From the sequence record NC_048047.1: a DNA stretch of 64,000 nucleotides; one strand, written 5' to 3'. The notes beneath the pieces are model-generated. The model saw only the letters and a list, made by a program, of their open reading frames with translations. It did not search any database and was not told the DNA's origin. The translations under genes were made by a program, and so were the position numbers. This document shows, in pieces, positions 31,895 to 42,062 of the stretch. Every line of letters starts with the position of its first letter. The first letter of the stretch is position 1.

Positions 31895-32055
31895 GACCTC
31901 CTGATCTGACTGTCAAGCCGGCTCGTGACGCCAACCGCGTCACGATGCGGTGTTTCTTGACATTAGGAATATTTTCCTATACGGTCCGACCCAGCCTTTG
32001 ATGCGCCACCGGGGCGGTGCGCCATCCGCAACCCCACAACTTTAGGTGACGCCTG

Positions 32056-33888
32056 ATGGTCGCAATTTTCGCCGACTCCAACCGCGCTCGTATGCGCTAC
32101 ATCAAGTCCGTGGACGGCTGGGGCACGACCCCCGCCACGGGCCGCACCCGCGAGCTTCGCTACACCGGTTCGTCCGTGACCGCCTCCAAGGAGACGACGG
32201 TCTCGGAAGAAATCCGTGCCGACCGCATGGTGTCCGACATCATCGAGACGTCCGCCAAGTCGGCGGGCGAGATCAACATCGAATTCTCGGCCGGCAGCCA
32301 CGACGACTTCCTGGAGTCGTTCATGATGGGCGCCTGGACGCGTCCGATGACCTTCGACAGCGCCCAGGGCAAGTCGCTGGTGTTCGCTGACGCCGACACG
32401 ATCTACATCAAGGGCAAGGACGTCACGGACTACTTCTTCGCGGGCCGCCGTATCCGTACGAACGGCTTCGTGAACCCGGCCAACAACAACTACTGGCAGA
32501 TCGCCACGATCGTCTTCAACGCCGGCGCCAACCGCACCGAGATCGGCCTGACGACCGCCACGGCCGTCGCCGAAAACGGTACCGCCAACACCTTCATGTA
32601 TGACGCCAACGACGTCATCGTCCTGAAGAACACCAACATCCGCGCCGGCACCGGCGGCCTGCCGACCTTCGATTCGAACGGCACCAACGCCTTCGCCGCC
32701 GCGATCGCCGCTGGCCAGATCGTTCCGGGCCAGAAGGTCTTCATCGACGGCCTGGGCTTTGCCACCGGCACCGTGACCCTGACGGGTCAACCGGCGGCTG
32801 GTTCGCGCGTCCGACTGTCGGACGGCAAGAAGGCCGTGACCTTCCAGTTCGGGGGCGTCTTCGGTCAGACCGTCGAGCCCGTCGACCTGGGCACCGACTT
32901 CAACCAGACGGCCGAGAACCTCGCCCTGGCCCTGAACGAAGCCCGCGCCGTGGGCAAGATCGCCGCCTCGGCGACCTTCGCCGGTGGCGTGGTCACGATC
33001 AAGCTCCAGACCGAAACCGGCACGCTGACGGAAGTTTCCGACACCGGCAACGTCATCGCCGTGGCCAACTTCGCGGGCGGCGACGCCAGCCTGCACGGCA
33101 TCTTCACGATCCTGTCGGCCACCGACGACGTGCTGGAAGTCTCGCCGGCGCCGAGCACCAACGCCAACGCCGGCGCGCGTGCGATCACCATCAAGGGCTC
33201 GATGCTGCGCAACCCGCATCTCGTCGAGGACATCACGCCGCAGGACTACGTCCTGGAGACGGGCTTCGAAGACGTCGGCCAATACTTCATCGCCGACGGC
33301 CAGCGCGTGGGCGGCTTCAGCTACGACATCTCGTCGAACGCCATCCTGACCGGCTCGTTCACCTTCTCGGGCCGCGCCATGACCCGTTCGGACGTCACCA
33401 TCCTGGGTGACGATGGCGTCTACACCGTGCTGGGCACCACCGCCACGGAAGTCGCCAACTCGACCGTCAACGTCGGCAACGTCAACGTTAACGGCGAGGT
33501 CCTGTCGACCGCGCTCCAGTCGATCCAACTGACCGGCGACAACAACCTGCGTGACCAGAACGCGGTGTCCTACAAGTTCCCGGCCGGCATCGGCTCGGGC
33601 CGCATGGACATCACCGGTTCGGTCAACGCCTACTTCGCCGACGGCGCGCTGTGGGACAAGTTCCTGAACCACGAGACCGTGTCGCTGTCGTACTCGATCT
33701 CGGACGTGGCGGGCCACACCTACCACTTCACGATCCCGTCGTGCAAGTTCTCGTCGGACCAAGTCAACCCGGCCGGCGGCAACCAGGACGTCATGGAGGC
33801 GATGGAATTCACCGCCAAGCGTGACCCGGAAACCGAGTGCCAAATCCAGATCGACCGGTTCTCCTCGAACCTGCCGATCACCGCCTAA
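32056..33888 (+). CDS. Major tail tube protein (610 aa, with an inserted central domain)
   Basis: LRYTGSS...SEEIRADR, GEINIEFS and ITGSVNAYF...LW.KF.N tube-family motifs. Confidence 0.9.
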   Translation: MVAIFADSNRARMRYIKSVDGWGTTPATGRTRELRYTGSSVTASKETTVSEEIRADRMVSDIIETSAKSAGEINIEFSAGSHDDFLESFMMGAWTRPMTFDSAQGKSLVFADADTIYIKGKDVTDYFFAGRRIRTNGFVNPANNNYWQIATIVFNAGANRTEIGLTTATAVAENGTANTFMYDANDVIVLKNTNIRAGTGGLPTFDSNGTNAFAAAIAAGQIVPGQKVFIDGLGFATGTVTLTGQPAAGSRVRLSDGKKAVTFQFGGVFGQTVEPVDLGTDFNQTAENLALALNEARAVGKIAASATFAGGVVTIKLQTETGTLTEVSDTGNVIAVANFAGGDASLHGIFTILSATDDVLEVSPAPSTNANAGARAITIKGSMLRNPHLVEDITPQDYVLETGFEDVGQYFIADGQRVGGFSYDISSNAILTGSFTFSGRAMTRSDVTILGDDGVYTVLGTTATEVANSTVNVGNVNVNGEVLSTALQSIQLTGDNNLRDQNAVSYKFPAGIGSGRMDITGSVNAYFADGALWDKFLNHETVSLSYSISDVAGHTYHFTIPSCKFSSDQVNPAGGNQDVMEAMEFTAKRDPETECQIQIDRFSSNLPITA

Positions 33889-34216
33889 CCAGGGAGCCGG
33901 CGCAAGCCGGCCACCCAGTCTTCCTCGCCTAGGATTTATCCCAGGCCCTCGGTGCTTCGGCATCGAGCCCCATTCGCCCGAACGGGCACCCTAACCAGCG
34001 TCCCCAGTAAGGTGGGTCAACGCCCTGGTCCTCATCCAAGACCAGCCCGGCCGCCAAGGCGCCGGGGCAACCAACACCCCGACAGAGAACAGAGCTTTCG
34101 ACCCCAGCGGTCACTCCCAAAGCTCACCGGTGAGCCGGGCGGGAGAGTTCTGTCGGGGTCCTCTCCCGCCCACCCCTCCGACAACTGAAACCCCGACAAT
34201 TTAGGATTCCAAGACC

Positions 34217-34639
34217 ATGAGCACCCTGCTCGACGACCTGTTTGCCACCGACACCTCGGCCGAAGAAGACGGCGTCTGGGTGGACGTCACCCCGACCCTG
34301 AAGTTCAAGATTCGCGCCTATAGCGCCAAGGCCGTCGGCGACCTGCGCGAGAAGCTGATCAAGCCGTTCCAGTCGATGATCCGCGCCGGCGTGCCGATCC
34401 CCAACGACCAGAACGAAGACATCGCGCTGAAGGTCATCGCCGGCGCCGTCCTGGCCAACTGGAAGGGCCTGACCGCCAAGAACGAGGACGGCGATGAAGT
34501 GGAGGTTCCCTACACCTCGGCGACCGCCCTGGAGTACCTCAAGCGCCTGCCCAAGCTGGCCAACTTCATCGTCGGCATCGCCACCGACACGACCTTCTAC
34601 AAGGCCGAAGAACTGCGCGAGGACGGCGCAAAAAACTAG
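34217..34639 (+). CDS. Tail assembly chaperone (G-like, 140 aa)
   Basis: EEDGVW...IR...LANWKGL...YTS..ALEYL; lies between the tube and tape measure genes. Confidence 0.85.
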   Translation: MSTLLDDLFATDTSAEEDGVWVDVTPTLKFKIRAYSAKAVGDLREKLIKPFQSMIRAGVPIPNDQNEDIALKVIAGAVLANWKGLTAKNEDGDEVEVPYTSATALEYLKRLPKLANFIVGIATDTTFYKAEELREDGAKN

Positions 34640-35040
34640 TCGCGGCGCTAGACGCCGCCTTGACCAAGAAGGCGGACAAGGTCTCGGCGTTCCTGGATGC
34701 TCTGAGGGCCGAGGGGGTCATTGACTCCCCGGCCTCGGAGGCTCCCCAACAGATCAGCATCTACGATGACCTGATCTGGGCCTGGAACGCCTTCTGGCGT
34801 CTATCCGCCGCACGTGACATCGGGTTCGACCGGCCCAACCGCATCAAGGTCTCTGAAGTCAAGGCCTACGCCGACCTCAAGCGCCTCAATCCGTACAAGG
34901 CCTCCGATCTCCTCTTCTACGTAGACGCCCTCGACGAACGCTGGATGGAGCACGCTGAGGACGCCCGGCTCAAGGCCGAGGAGGAGCGGAAGAAGAAGCA
35001 GAAAGACATCACACCAACAAGGCCGCAGCAAAAGCGGTAA
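34217..35040 (+). CDS. Tail assembly chaperone GT-like -1 frameshift product
   Basis: Slippery A-AAA-AAC at 34630-34636 just before TAG; the -1 frame is open (LVAALDAALTKK...) through 35040. Confidence 0.8.
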
Positions 35041-35046
35041 GGGACA

Positions 35047-38000
35047 ATGCAAGCCGAGGCTCTCCAGCTTACAGTCGACTCGAAGGGCGCCGTTGCCAAC
35101 CTCGGCGCCCTTTCGCGTGCCTTGGACGGTGCTGGTCGCGCCTTCGATGGTTTCGAGCGCTCGGTCTCGGCGGACGCCAACAAGATCGACGCCGCCCTCC
35201 AGAAGTCGATGCGCTCGGCCGAAAAGGCCGCCAAGGTCGCCCAGCTTCTGGGCCAGACCAAGATCAACGGCGGCTCGGCGAACGCCCTCAAGGACTTTGC
35301 CTCGGCGCTCGACAGCCTGGGCCGCGCCCGCACCTTCACCGACGCCAAGCTCAAGAGCCTTCAGGACTTCATCCGCCTGCTGCCGCAAATCCGCGCGCCG
35401 GGCGGTGTCGCTCAGCTTCAGCAGTTCATGACGGCGCTCAGCAGCGCCAAGGCGCCGTCGCAGGCGCAAATCCGCAACCTCTCGGAGTTTCTGAAGGTCT
35501 TGTCTTCGTACAAGGGCTCCTCGGCGACGCGCGGCTCCAACCAGATCACCACCTTTCTCCAGGCGCTCGCCGGCGCCCAGGCCCCCAGCGCCGCGACCAT
35601 CAAGCGCCTGGGCGACTTCCTGAACACGCTGTCGAACGCGCGTGGCATCCCCAACGCTTCCAAGATCGCCAATGATCTGATGATGGTGGCCAACGCCGCC
35701 CAGCGCGCCTCGGCTTCCTTCGCCTCCTTGCCGGCCAACATGCGTGGCTTCGCCGCCCCTGCGACGGGCGCGAGCACCGCTGCGAGCAACCTTGCGCGCA
35801 ATGCCGCCGCCGCTGGCAAGACGGTCGCGGGCGCGGGTACGCAGATCGCCGGCGCACGCTCCCACGTCAAGGGCCTGGGTGTCGACCTGGGCGGCCTGGG
35901 CGATCGCTTCAAGCTGTCCTACCAAGCCGGCACGGTTTTCTCGGCGCTGTTCTCGTCGTTCACGATCGGTCAGTTCGTTAAGGGCATCTACGACGCCGGC
36001 ATCGAGATGGCCAAGCTGCAAAAGGCCATGCTGTTCACCACCGGCTCGTTCGAAGGCGCCCAGAAGGCGACCGGCGAGTTCATGGGCATGGCTCAGGAAC
36101 TGGGCCTGTCGATCGATAAGACCGCCGAGTCGTTCGGTCGCTTCTCGATCACCGCCAAGACCGCTGGCCTGTCGGCGGATTCGTCCAAGAAGATTTTCTC
36201 TTCGGTAAGTAAGGCTCTGCAAGTCGTTGGTGCGTCCAATGAACAGACGCAGTATGCTTTCTACGGCCTGACGCAGATGATGCAAAAGGGCAAGGTTTCG
36301 TCCGAAGAATTCAACCGCCAGATCGGCGAACAACTTCCTGGTAACGCAGAAGCTGGTCGTCGTGCTTTGTCTAAGCTTGAAGGTCGTGCCATTTCTATGG
36401 GCGAATTCTTCAAGAAGATGTCGCTAGGCTCGATCATGTCGGCTGACTTCGTCCCCGCCTGGGCCGAAGAGATCAACAAGATGTTCGATCCGCTGAACGC
36501 GATCGCCCAAAAGCGCCCCGACGTGGCGCTGAACCGCCTGGGCAACGCCTTCAAGCTGTTCTCGGCGACCGCCGCCAACGCCGGCTTCATGGGCGCGGCG
36601 GGCAAGTCGTTCGACGAACTAGCCAAGAAGATGGTCGTCACCAAGAACGGCGCGCTCGAACTGACGCCGGAGTTCCAAGCCTTGGCCGACCGCATCGGCA
36701 CGAACCTGGGCAAGGCGGTCAAGACCGCCGGTGACTTCCTGAAGTTCCTGGCCGAGAACATCGACGGCGTCGTCAATGCGGCCAAGATTCTCCTCGCCAT
36801 CAAGATCGGCTCGACCCTGGTGGGCTGGGGCCGCGACGCGGCGGATGCGGCGGGGGCCTTCAAGCTGCTCGCCGAAAAGATCGGGCTGGCGACGACCGCC
36901 GCCGCCGCTCAGCAGGAAGTCAAGATCGGCACGGGCGTGGCCGCCACCACCGCCGACATCATCGCCTCGCGCGGACACGGAGCCGGTCGTGGTGCGACGG
37001 GCCGTCCGATGGGCTCGGGCATGATGCAGAGCGCGGGCTTTGCCGTCGACGTGGCTACCAGCTTTGGCAAGCGCGCGCCCAAGGCCGTGGTCAACACGGG
37101 CCGGGTGGTGCAAGGCGCCGAAGGCCTCGCGGGCGTGACCGCGCGCATGGGAGCCAATGCTGCTGCTGGCGCGGCGGGTCAAGGTCTGCTGGGCGCCGGC
37201 GCCACGCGGGGCCTTTCCGCCCTGGCTGGTCCGCTGCGCACGGTCCTGGGCCTGCTGTCCAACGCCCACCCGCTGCTGAAGGCCGTCTATGTCGCGGTTC
37301 TGGCCGCCGGCGCAGCCTGGGCGGTCTTCGGCAACCGCATGACCGAGGTCCAGGGCAAGCAGGTCAAGGTCAACGACATCCTGGGCGCCAGCTTCAAGAT
37401 TCTCGGCAACAACCTCAAGCAAGGTTGGATGGACGGGATCGGCAAGAACTTCCAGAACTTCAACAAGTGGCTCGACGAGGCCGCCAAGGGTAGTGGCAGC
37501 TTCGTCACTCAGATCGCCACCGGCCTTGTCTGGCTGGGTGAGTTTGTCGGCAAGCTGGGCCAGCAGATGGCCTACGATCTGGTCAAGCCGTTCAAGCAGG
37601 TCATGGCCGCCATCGAGGCCTGGAAGAAGACCGGCAAGGTCAGCGACGCCATCGCCGCCGCCGACAAGTACAATAAGCCCGGCGCGCAGCCGCTGGGCCA
37701 GATGCGCTCGTGGAAGGACATCCAGGCCGAGGTCGAGAAGACCGCGATCAAGACCGCCGAGGACCGCAAGAACGGTAGCGTCAACACCGCCAAGAGCCCG
37801 GCCGAACTCGCCGCCGAAGCCGCCCTGCAACGCCAGAACGCCCAGAACGCGGCTGCGGAAGCGCAAGGCCGCGCTGATCAACTGCGCGACATCCTCTCGC
37901 CGGTCAAGACCCCCACGATCGAGGAACTCCAGAAGTCCTTCGTCGATCTGGCGGCTGCCGCCAACAAGGCCACCGACAACGTCGCGGCCATGGGCTCGGG

Positions 38001-41000
38001 CGTGGCGACGGCTTCGCTGATGGGCGGCGACGCCAAGGATCAGTCCTACAATCTGATCAAGCAGTTCGAAGGCTACAAGGAAAAGGCCTATTGGGACGTC
38101 AACCACTATCGGGCCGGCTTCGGCTCCGATACCTGGACCGACACCAAGGGCGGCGTCCACAACGTCACCAAGGACACCAAGGTCGGCGGCACGGAAGCTG
38201 CGCTCGATCTGAAGCGCCGCATCGGCATCTTCCAAGGTAACGCTGCCAAGACGGCGGGACAGGCCAACTGGGACAAGCTGGCTGATTCCACCAAGGCTGC
38301 CCTGACCTCGATCACCTACAACTACGGTCACCTGCCAAGCCGACTGCTTGCCGCCGTCAAGACCGGCGACAACGGCAAGATCGCGACTGCCGTTGAGGGG
38401 CTGGCGGGCGACAACAATGGCGTCAACCGTAAGCGCCGCATGCAGGAAGCCGCGCTGATCCGCAATGGCAAGGTCCAGGCGGTTTCGGCGACCGACGTCG
38501 AGGACCTCGCCGAGAAGTACAACAACGCGCGCGGCACCTGGGAAGGTCTCGCCGCGTCGCTGAACCCTGGCGCGGCGGCCGTCTCCGACCTCAACAAGTT
38601 CATTCTGACCCTGGAGGACCTGCGCAAGAAGCAGGAGGACTTCAACAAGGTCAAGCCGGGCGCGCCGCAGATCGTCGACACGTCGGTGCTTGACGCGTTG
38701 ATCGCGCGCAAGAAGCAGGAAGTCGAGGACCTGACCAACCCGCTGGGCAAGGACAATCGCGACGCTCAAAAGGCGCTCGAAATCGATCGTCTGCGCGCCA
38801 ACGGCATGGAAGACATGGCCACGTGGCAGGAGAAGCTGAACAAGCTCCAGGAGCAAGGCTACCCCCTGGCGTCCATGAACCTGGACGCCGAGAAGGAACG
38901 CTTCCTCCAGCTTCAGAACTCCAACCGCGTCCTGGAAGCCCAGGTCTCGCTGGCTGGCAAGCTGCGCGACATCGAAGCCCAACGCATCGCCCGCACCGGT
39001 AACGGCTTCCAAGCCGCTGAGGCCAACGCCGTCGCAGGCCTGGGCATCGGCAAGGAAACGCTCGACCAGACGCGTAACCGTCTCAAGCAGCAAGGCACCT
39101 ACGATCCGCTGGTCCAGGGCATCCAGGCCCAGGAAGGCGAGCGTCGGTCGGCCGCGATGCAGAGCGCCCGCGACCAGTTCTCGGAAATGAGCGCCACGGC
39201 GGGCCTGTCGGACAAGGACAAGCGCTATCGTGAGGCTTACAAGTCCTACCTGAAGGACCTGACCGGCTCGCAGGCCGACGCCCTCTCCACCATCGAGCAG
39301 GCGGCGACCGACGCCGAGCGCAAGATGGCCAAGGGCTACACCGATCTGCTGCGCCAACTGGAAAACCCGCCGGGCTTCCAGCGCTGGGCTGCGGCGCTGC
39401 AACCGTTCGCCGATCGTCTCCAGGACATCAAGGCCAACTTCATGGACGGCCTGTCGGACGGCATCACCGCCGCCCTGACCGGCGACAAGTTCGACTGGCG
39501 CTCGATGCTGCACGGCATCTCCCAGCAACTGGTCAAGGCTCAGGTCGACTCGATGCTGGGCAGCGTCGTCACGGCGATCACCGGCAAGCCGGCCGCGCTC
39601 AAGCCCGAGCAGCAGGCCATGCTGGCGGCCCAGACCCAGACCGACGCCGCCCTGACCCAAGGGCAGGCCGCGCAACTGCAATACCAAGCCGCCCAGACGA
39701 TCGCCCAGGCAGCGGCGGGCGGTGGCATGGGTGCAACGGCGGGCGCCGCTCCCGGTGGCGCGATCGGCGTCCTGGCCAGCGCCCAACGTCAGGCCGCCAG
39801 CCAAGTCGCCGGCGCGATCGGTCAGGCCTCGGCCAACGGTCAGCAAGCCCTGGCCTCGGTCGGCACGATCCTGAATGGCGCCCTGGCGCCGACGCCGTCC
39901 TACGGCGCGGCCAACGACAACATCTCCACGACCGGCGCCATGGACGTGACCAACGCCGCCATGCAGGTGGCCCAGTCGCAGATGACCGTCTCGGCGACCT
40001 CGGTGTCTCTGAACGCAGCACAGGTCAATGGCCTGGGCGGCGCGGGTGGCGGCCTTGCGGGTAGCGTGCTCAACACGGGCCTGGGCAGCATCAGCGGCGC
40101 AACGGCTGGCGGGGTTGCCGGCGGCGGCCTGGGCGGTCTCTTCAGCGGTATTGCGCAAGGCGCGGGCAGCATCTTCAGCAGCCTGACCGGCGGCGCCAAC
40201 GCCCTGTCGAACATCACGAACAACGCCGTGTCGGTCGCCGACAACGTCCTCAAGCCCCTGATCGTCGACAGCACCGGCGGCCCCGGCTTCCAGGCGGCAG
40301 GCTCGTTCATGTCCTCGCTGGGCAAGATCACGCCGCCCGGCGGCGCGGGTGGCCTGGGTGGCTTCTTCTCCAACCTGGGTAGCGGCATGGGCGGCCTGTT
40401 GCAGGGCGCGGGCAGCATCTTCAGCATGTTCGCCGGCCCGCTGCTGGGCCAGTTGACCAAGCCCAAGAACAAGGCTCAGAAGTTCAACACCGACAAGCCG
40501 CTCAACGGCATCATCGGTGAACGACGCGCGGTGAACCTCGAAGGCCGTGCGGTCGGTCCCAAGCAGAACGTGATCGGCACGATCCTCAGCATCGCCACCG
40601 ACCTGTTCAACCCCTTCGGCGGCCTCATGGGCGCAGCCGGCGCGGCCGGAGGTGCTGCTGGCGGCGCCGGTGGTCTGGGCGGCCTGATGAGCATGTTCGG
40701 TGGTGGTGGCGGCGCAGGCGGCATGGGCGGCCTGATGAGCATGTTCGGCGGTATGGGTGGCGCTGGCGGCGGTATGGGTGGCATGGGCGGCCTCATGGGC
40801 ATGCTCGGCGGCGGAGGCGGTGGCATGGGCGGTCTCTTCGGCGGCATGGCTGGCCAAGGCGGCGGCCTGGGTGGTCTTTTCGGCGGCCTGTCGGGTTCGG
40901 CGGGCGGTGGCGGTGGCCTCTTTGGCATGCTCGGCGGCCTCTTCGGCGGCTTCGAGGAAGGCGGCATCGTCGGCGCCCCGGTGACCTCGGTCATGGGCGC

Positions 41001-41289
41001 GGTCGATTTCCGCAACGCGCCACACTATAAGGAAGGCACCGCCAACACCTCTGGCGGCATCCCCTCGATCCTGCACCCGAACGAAGCGGTCATCCCGCTG
41101 AGCCGTGGCCGCGCGGTCCCGGTCGAGATGAACGACAACGGTCGCGTCCAGCCGATCAATGTCAGTTCCAACTTCACGATCGTGACGCCGGACCCCAATG
41201 GCTTCCGCCAGTCGGCCGGCTCGATGATCCGCGAGCAGAACAAGGCGCAAAAGCGCGCCGCGCGCCGCAACTTGACCCCCGGCGGCTAA
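35047..41289 (+). CDS. Tape measure protein (2080 aa) with an internal lysozyme-like domain
   Basis: Tape-measure motif EEFNRQIGEQLPG; Ala/Gly-rich helical sequence; GH24-like LIKQFEG...GFG...SITYNYG...RR.QEA at approx. 38040-38460. Confidence 0.95.
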   Translation: MQAEALQLTVDSKGAVANLGALSRALDGAGRAFDGFERSVSADANKIDAALQKSMRSAEKAAKVAQLLGQTKINGGSANALKDFASALDSLGRARTFTDAKLKSLQDFIRLLPQIRAPGGVAQLQQFMTALSSAKAPSQAQIRNLSEFLKVLSSYKGSSATRGSNQITTFLQALAGAQAPSAATIKRLGDFLNTLSNARGIPNASKIANDLMMVANAAQRASASFASLPANMRGFAAPATGASTAASNLARNAAAAGKTVAGAGTQIAGARSHVKGLGVDLGGLGDRFKLSYQAGTVFSALFSSFTIGQFVKGIYDAGIEMAKLQKAMLFTTGSFEGAQKATGEFMGMAQELGLSIDKTAESFGRFSITAKTAGLSADSSKKIFSSVSKALQVVGASNEQTQYAFYGLTQMMQKGKVSSEEFNRQIGEQLPGNAEAGRRALSKLEGRAISMGEFFKKMSLGSIMSADFVPAWAEEINKMFDPLNAIAQKRPDVALNRLGNAFKLFSATAANAGFMGAAGKSFDELAKKMVVTKNGALELTPEFQALADRIGTNLGKAVKTAGDFLKFLAENIDGVVNAAKILLAIKIGSTLVGWGRDAADAAGAFKLLAEKIGLATTAAAAQQEVKIGTGVAATTADIIASRGHGAGRGATGRPMGSGMMQSAGFAVDVATSFGKRAPKAVVNTGRVVQGAEGLAGVTARMGANAAAGAAGQGLLGAGATRGLSALAGPLRTVLGLLSNAHPLLKAVYVAVLAAGAAWAVFGNRMTEVQGKQVKVNDILGASFKILGNNLKQGWMDGIGKNFQNFNKWLDEAAKGSGSFVTQIATGLVWLGEFVGKLGQQMAYDLVKPFKQVMAAIEAWKKTGKVSDAIAAADKYNKPGAQPLGQMRSWKDIQAEVEKTAIKTAEDRKNGSVNTAKSPAELAAEAALQRQNAQNAAAEAQGRADQLRDILSPVKTPTIEELQKSFVDLAAAANKATDNVAAMGSGVATASLMGGDAKDQSYNLIKQFEGYKEKAYWDVNHYRAGFGSDTWTDTKGGVHNVTKDTKVGGTEAALDLKRRIGIFQGNAAKTAGQANWDKLADSTKAALTSITYNYGHLPSRLLAAVKTGDNGKIATAVEGLAGDNNGVNRKRRMQEAALIRNGKVQAVSATDVEDLAEKYNNARGTWEGLAASLNPGAAAVSDLNKFILTLEDLRKKQEDFNKVKPGAPQIVDTSVLDALIARKKQEVEDLTNPLGKDNRDAQKALEIDRLRANGMEDMATWQEKLNKLQEQGYPLASMNLDAEKERFLQLQNSNRVLEAQVSLAGKLRDIEAQRIARTGNGFQAAEANAVAGLGIGKETLDQTRNRLKQQGTYDPLVQGIQAQEGERRSAAMQSARDQFSEMSATAGLSDKDKRYREAYKSYLKDLTGSQADALSTIEQAATDAERKMAKGYTDLLRQLENPPGFQRWAAALQPFADRLQDIKANFMDGLSDGITAALTGDKFDWRSMLHGISQQLVKAQVDSMLGSVVTAITGKPAALKPEQQAMLAAQTQTDAALTQGQAAQLQYQAAQTIAQAAAGGGMGATAGAAPGGAIGVLASAQRQAASQVAGAIGQASANGQQALASVGTILNGALAPTPSYGAANDNISTTGAMDVTNAAMQVAQSQMTVSATSVSLNAAQVNGLGGAGGGLAGSVLNTGLGSISGATAGGVAGGGLGGLFSGIAQGAGSIFSSLTGGANALSNITNNAVSVADNVLKPLIVDSTGGPGFQAAGSFMSSLGKITPPGGAGGLGGFFSNLGSGMGGLLQGAGSIFSMFAGPLLGQLTKPKNKAQKFNTDKPLNGIIGERRAVNLEGRAVGPKQNVIGTILSIATDLFNPFGGLMGAAGAAGGAAGGAGGLGGLMSMFGGGGGAGGMGGLMSMFGGMGGAGGGMGGMGGLMGMLGGGGGGMGGLFGGMAGQGGGLGGLFGGLSGSAGGGGGLFGMLGGLFGGFEEGGIVGAPVTSVMGAVDFRNAPHYKEGTANTSGGIPSILHPNEAVIPLSRGRAVPVEMNDNGRVQPINVSSNFTIVTPDPNGFRQSAGSMIREQNKAQKRAARRNLTPGG

Positions 41290-41411
41290 GGCCGTCGGGC
41301 GTCACGCCCACTTTCCTGTGACGCAATTCTTGACCCATGTCGCGATCCGTGACAGTGAGGTCGCCTGCGCCATTAACCATGGCGCCCAAACCCCCTGAAG
41401 CACATCCCCAC

Positions 41412-42062
41412 ATGCCTGTCTTCCATGAAGTCCTCTTTCCCGAGGACATTTCCTATACGAGCGGCGGCGGTCCCAAGTTCAAGACCACCGTCTTCATGTC
41501 CGATTCCGGCTACGAGCAGCGCAACATCGACTGGTCCAATTCGCGCGCCGAGTACGACGTCAGCCAGGGCATCAAGAACCAGGATCAGATGGATATCCTG
41601 ACGGCCTTCTTCTACGCCCGGCGCGGCAAGGCCTATGGCTTCCGGTTCAAGGACTTCAACGACTACCGGATCAAGCAGCAGGTGCTCGGCGTCGGCGACG
41701 GCGTCAAGACCAAGTTCCAACTGATCAAGACCTATGTCGATGGTCAGGCTGAATCGGGCGAAACCTACACCTACACCCGCAAGATCACCAAGCCGGTCTG
41801 GGGCACGGTGGCCGGCGTGACCGTCGGGGTCGCCGTCAAGGTCTCGCCCGACGACTACGAGGTCGATTACTCGACCGGCATCATCACCTTCTTTGATCCG
41901 CCGGGCGTGGGCGCCGTGGTCAAGGTGGGCGCGGCGCAGTTCCACGTCCCGGTGCGCTTCGACACCGACCAACTCGACGCCACTCACGAATTTTGGAACC
42001 ACCAGACCTGGGGCTCCATCCCCCTGGTCGAAGTCCGCGACTGGACGGATGTCTTCGCATGA
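41412..42062 (+). CDS. Distal tail protein, DUF2460/GTA-type
   Basis: FHEVLFP.DISY...GGP.F.T......GYEQRN..W...R..YD...FFYARRGKAYGFRFKD.NDY...FHVPVRFDTD. The start could alternatively be 41379. Confidence 0.9.
   Translation: MPVFHEVLFPEDISYTSGGGPKFKTTVFMSDSGYEQRNIDWSNSRAEYDVSQGIKNQDQMDILTAFFYARRGKAYGFRFKDFNDYRIKQQVLGVGDGVKTKFQLIKTYVDGQAESGETYTYTRKITKPVWGTVAGVTVGVAVKVSPDDYEVDYSTGIITFFDPPGVGAVVKVGAAQFHVPVRFDTDQLDATHEFWNHQTWGSIPLVEVRDWTDVFA

Noticed and set aside
34660-35040. Independent TTG-started 126-aa gene
   Set aside because: Better explained as the -1 frameshift extension of the tail chaperone.
40600-40960. Gly-Met tandem repeats as a DNA repeat element or DGR-type variable region
   Set aside because: Low-complexity coding repeats inside the tape measure gene; no adenine-specific TR/VR pair or reverse transcriptase seen in the window.
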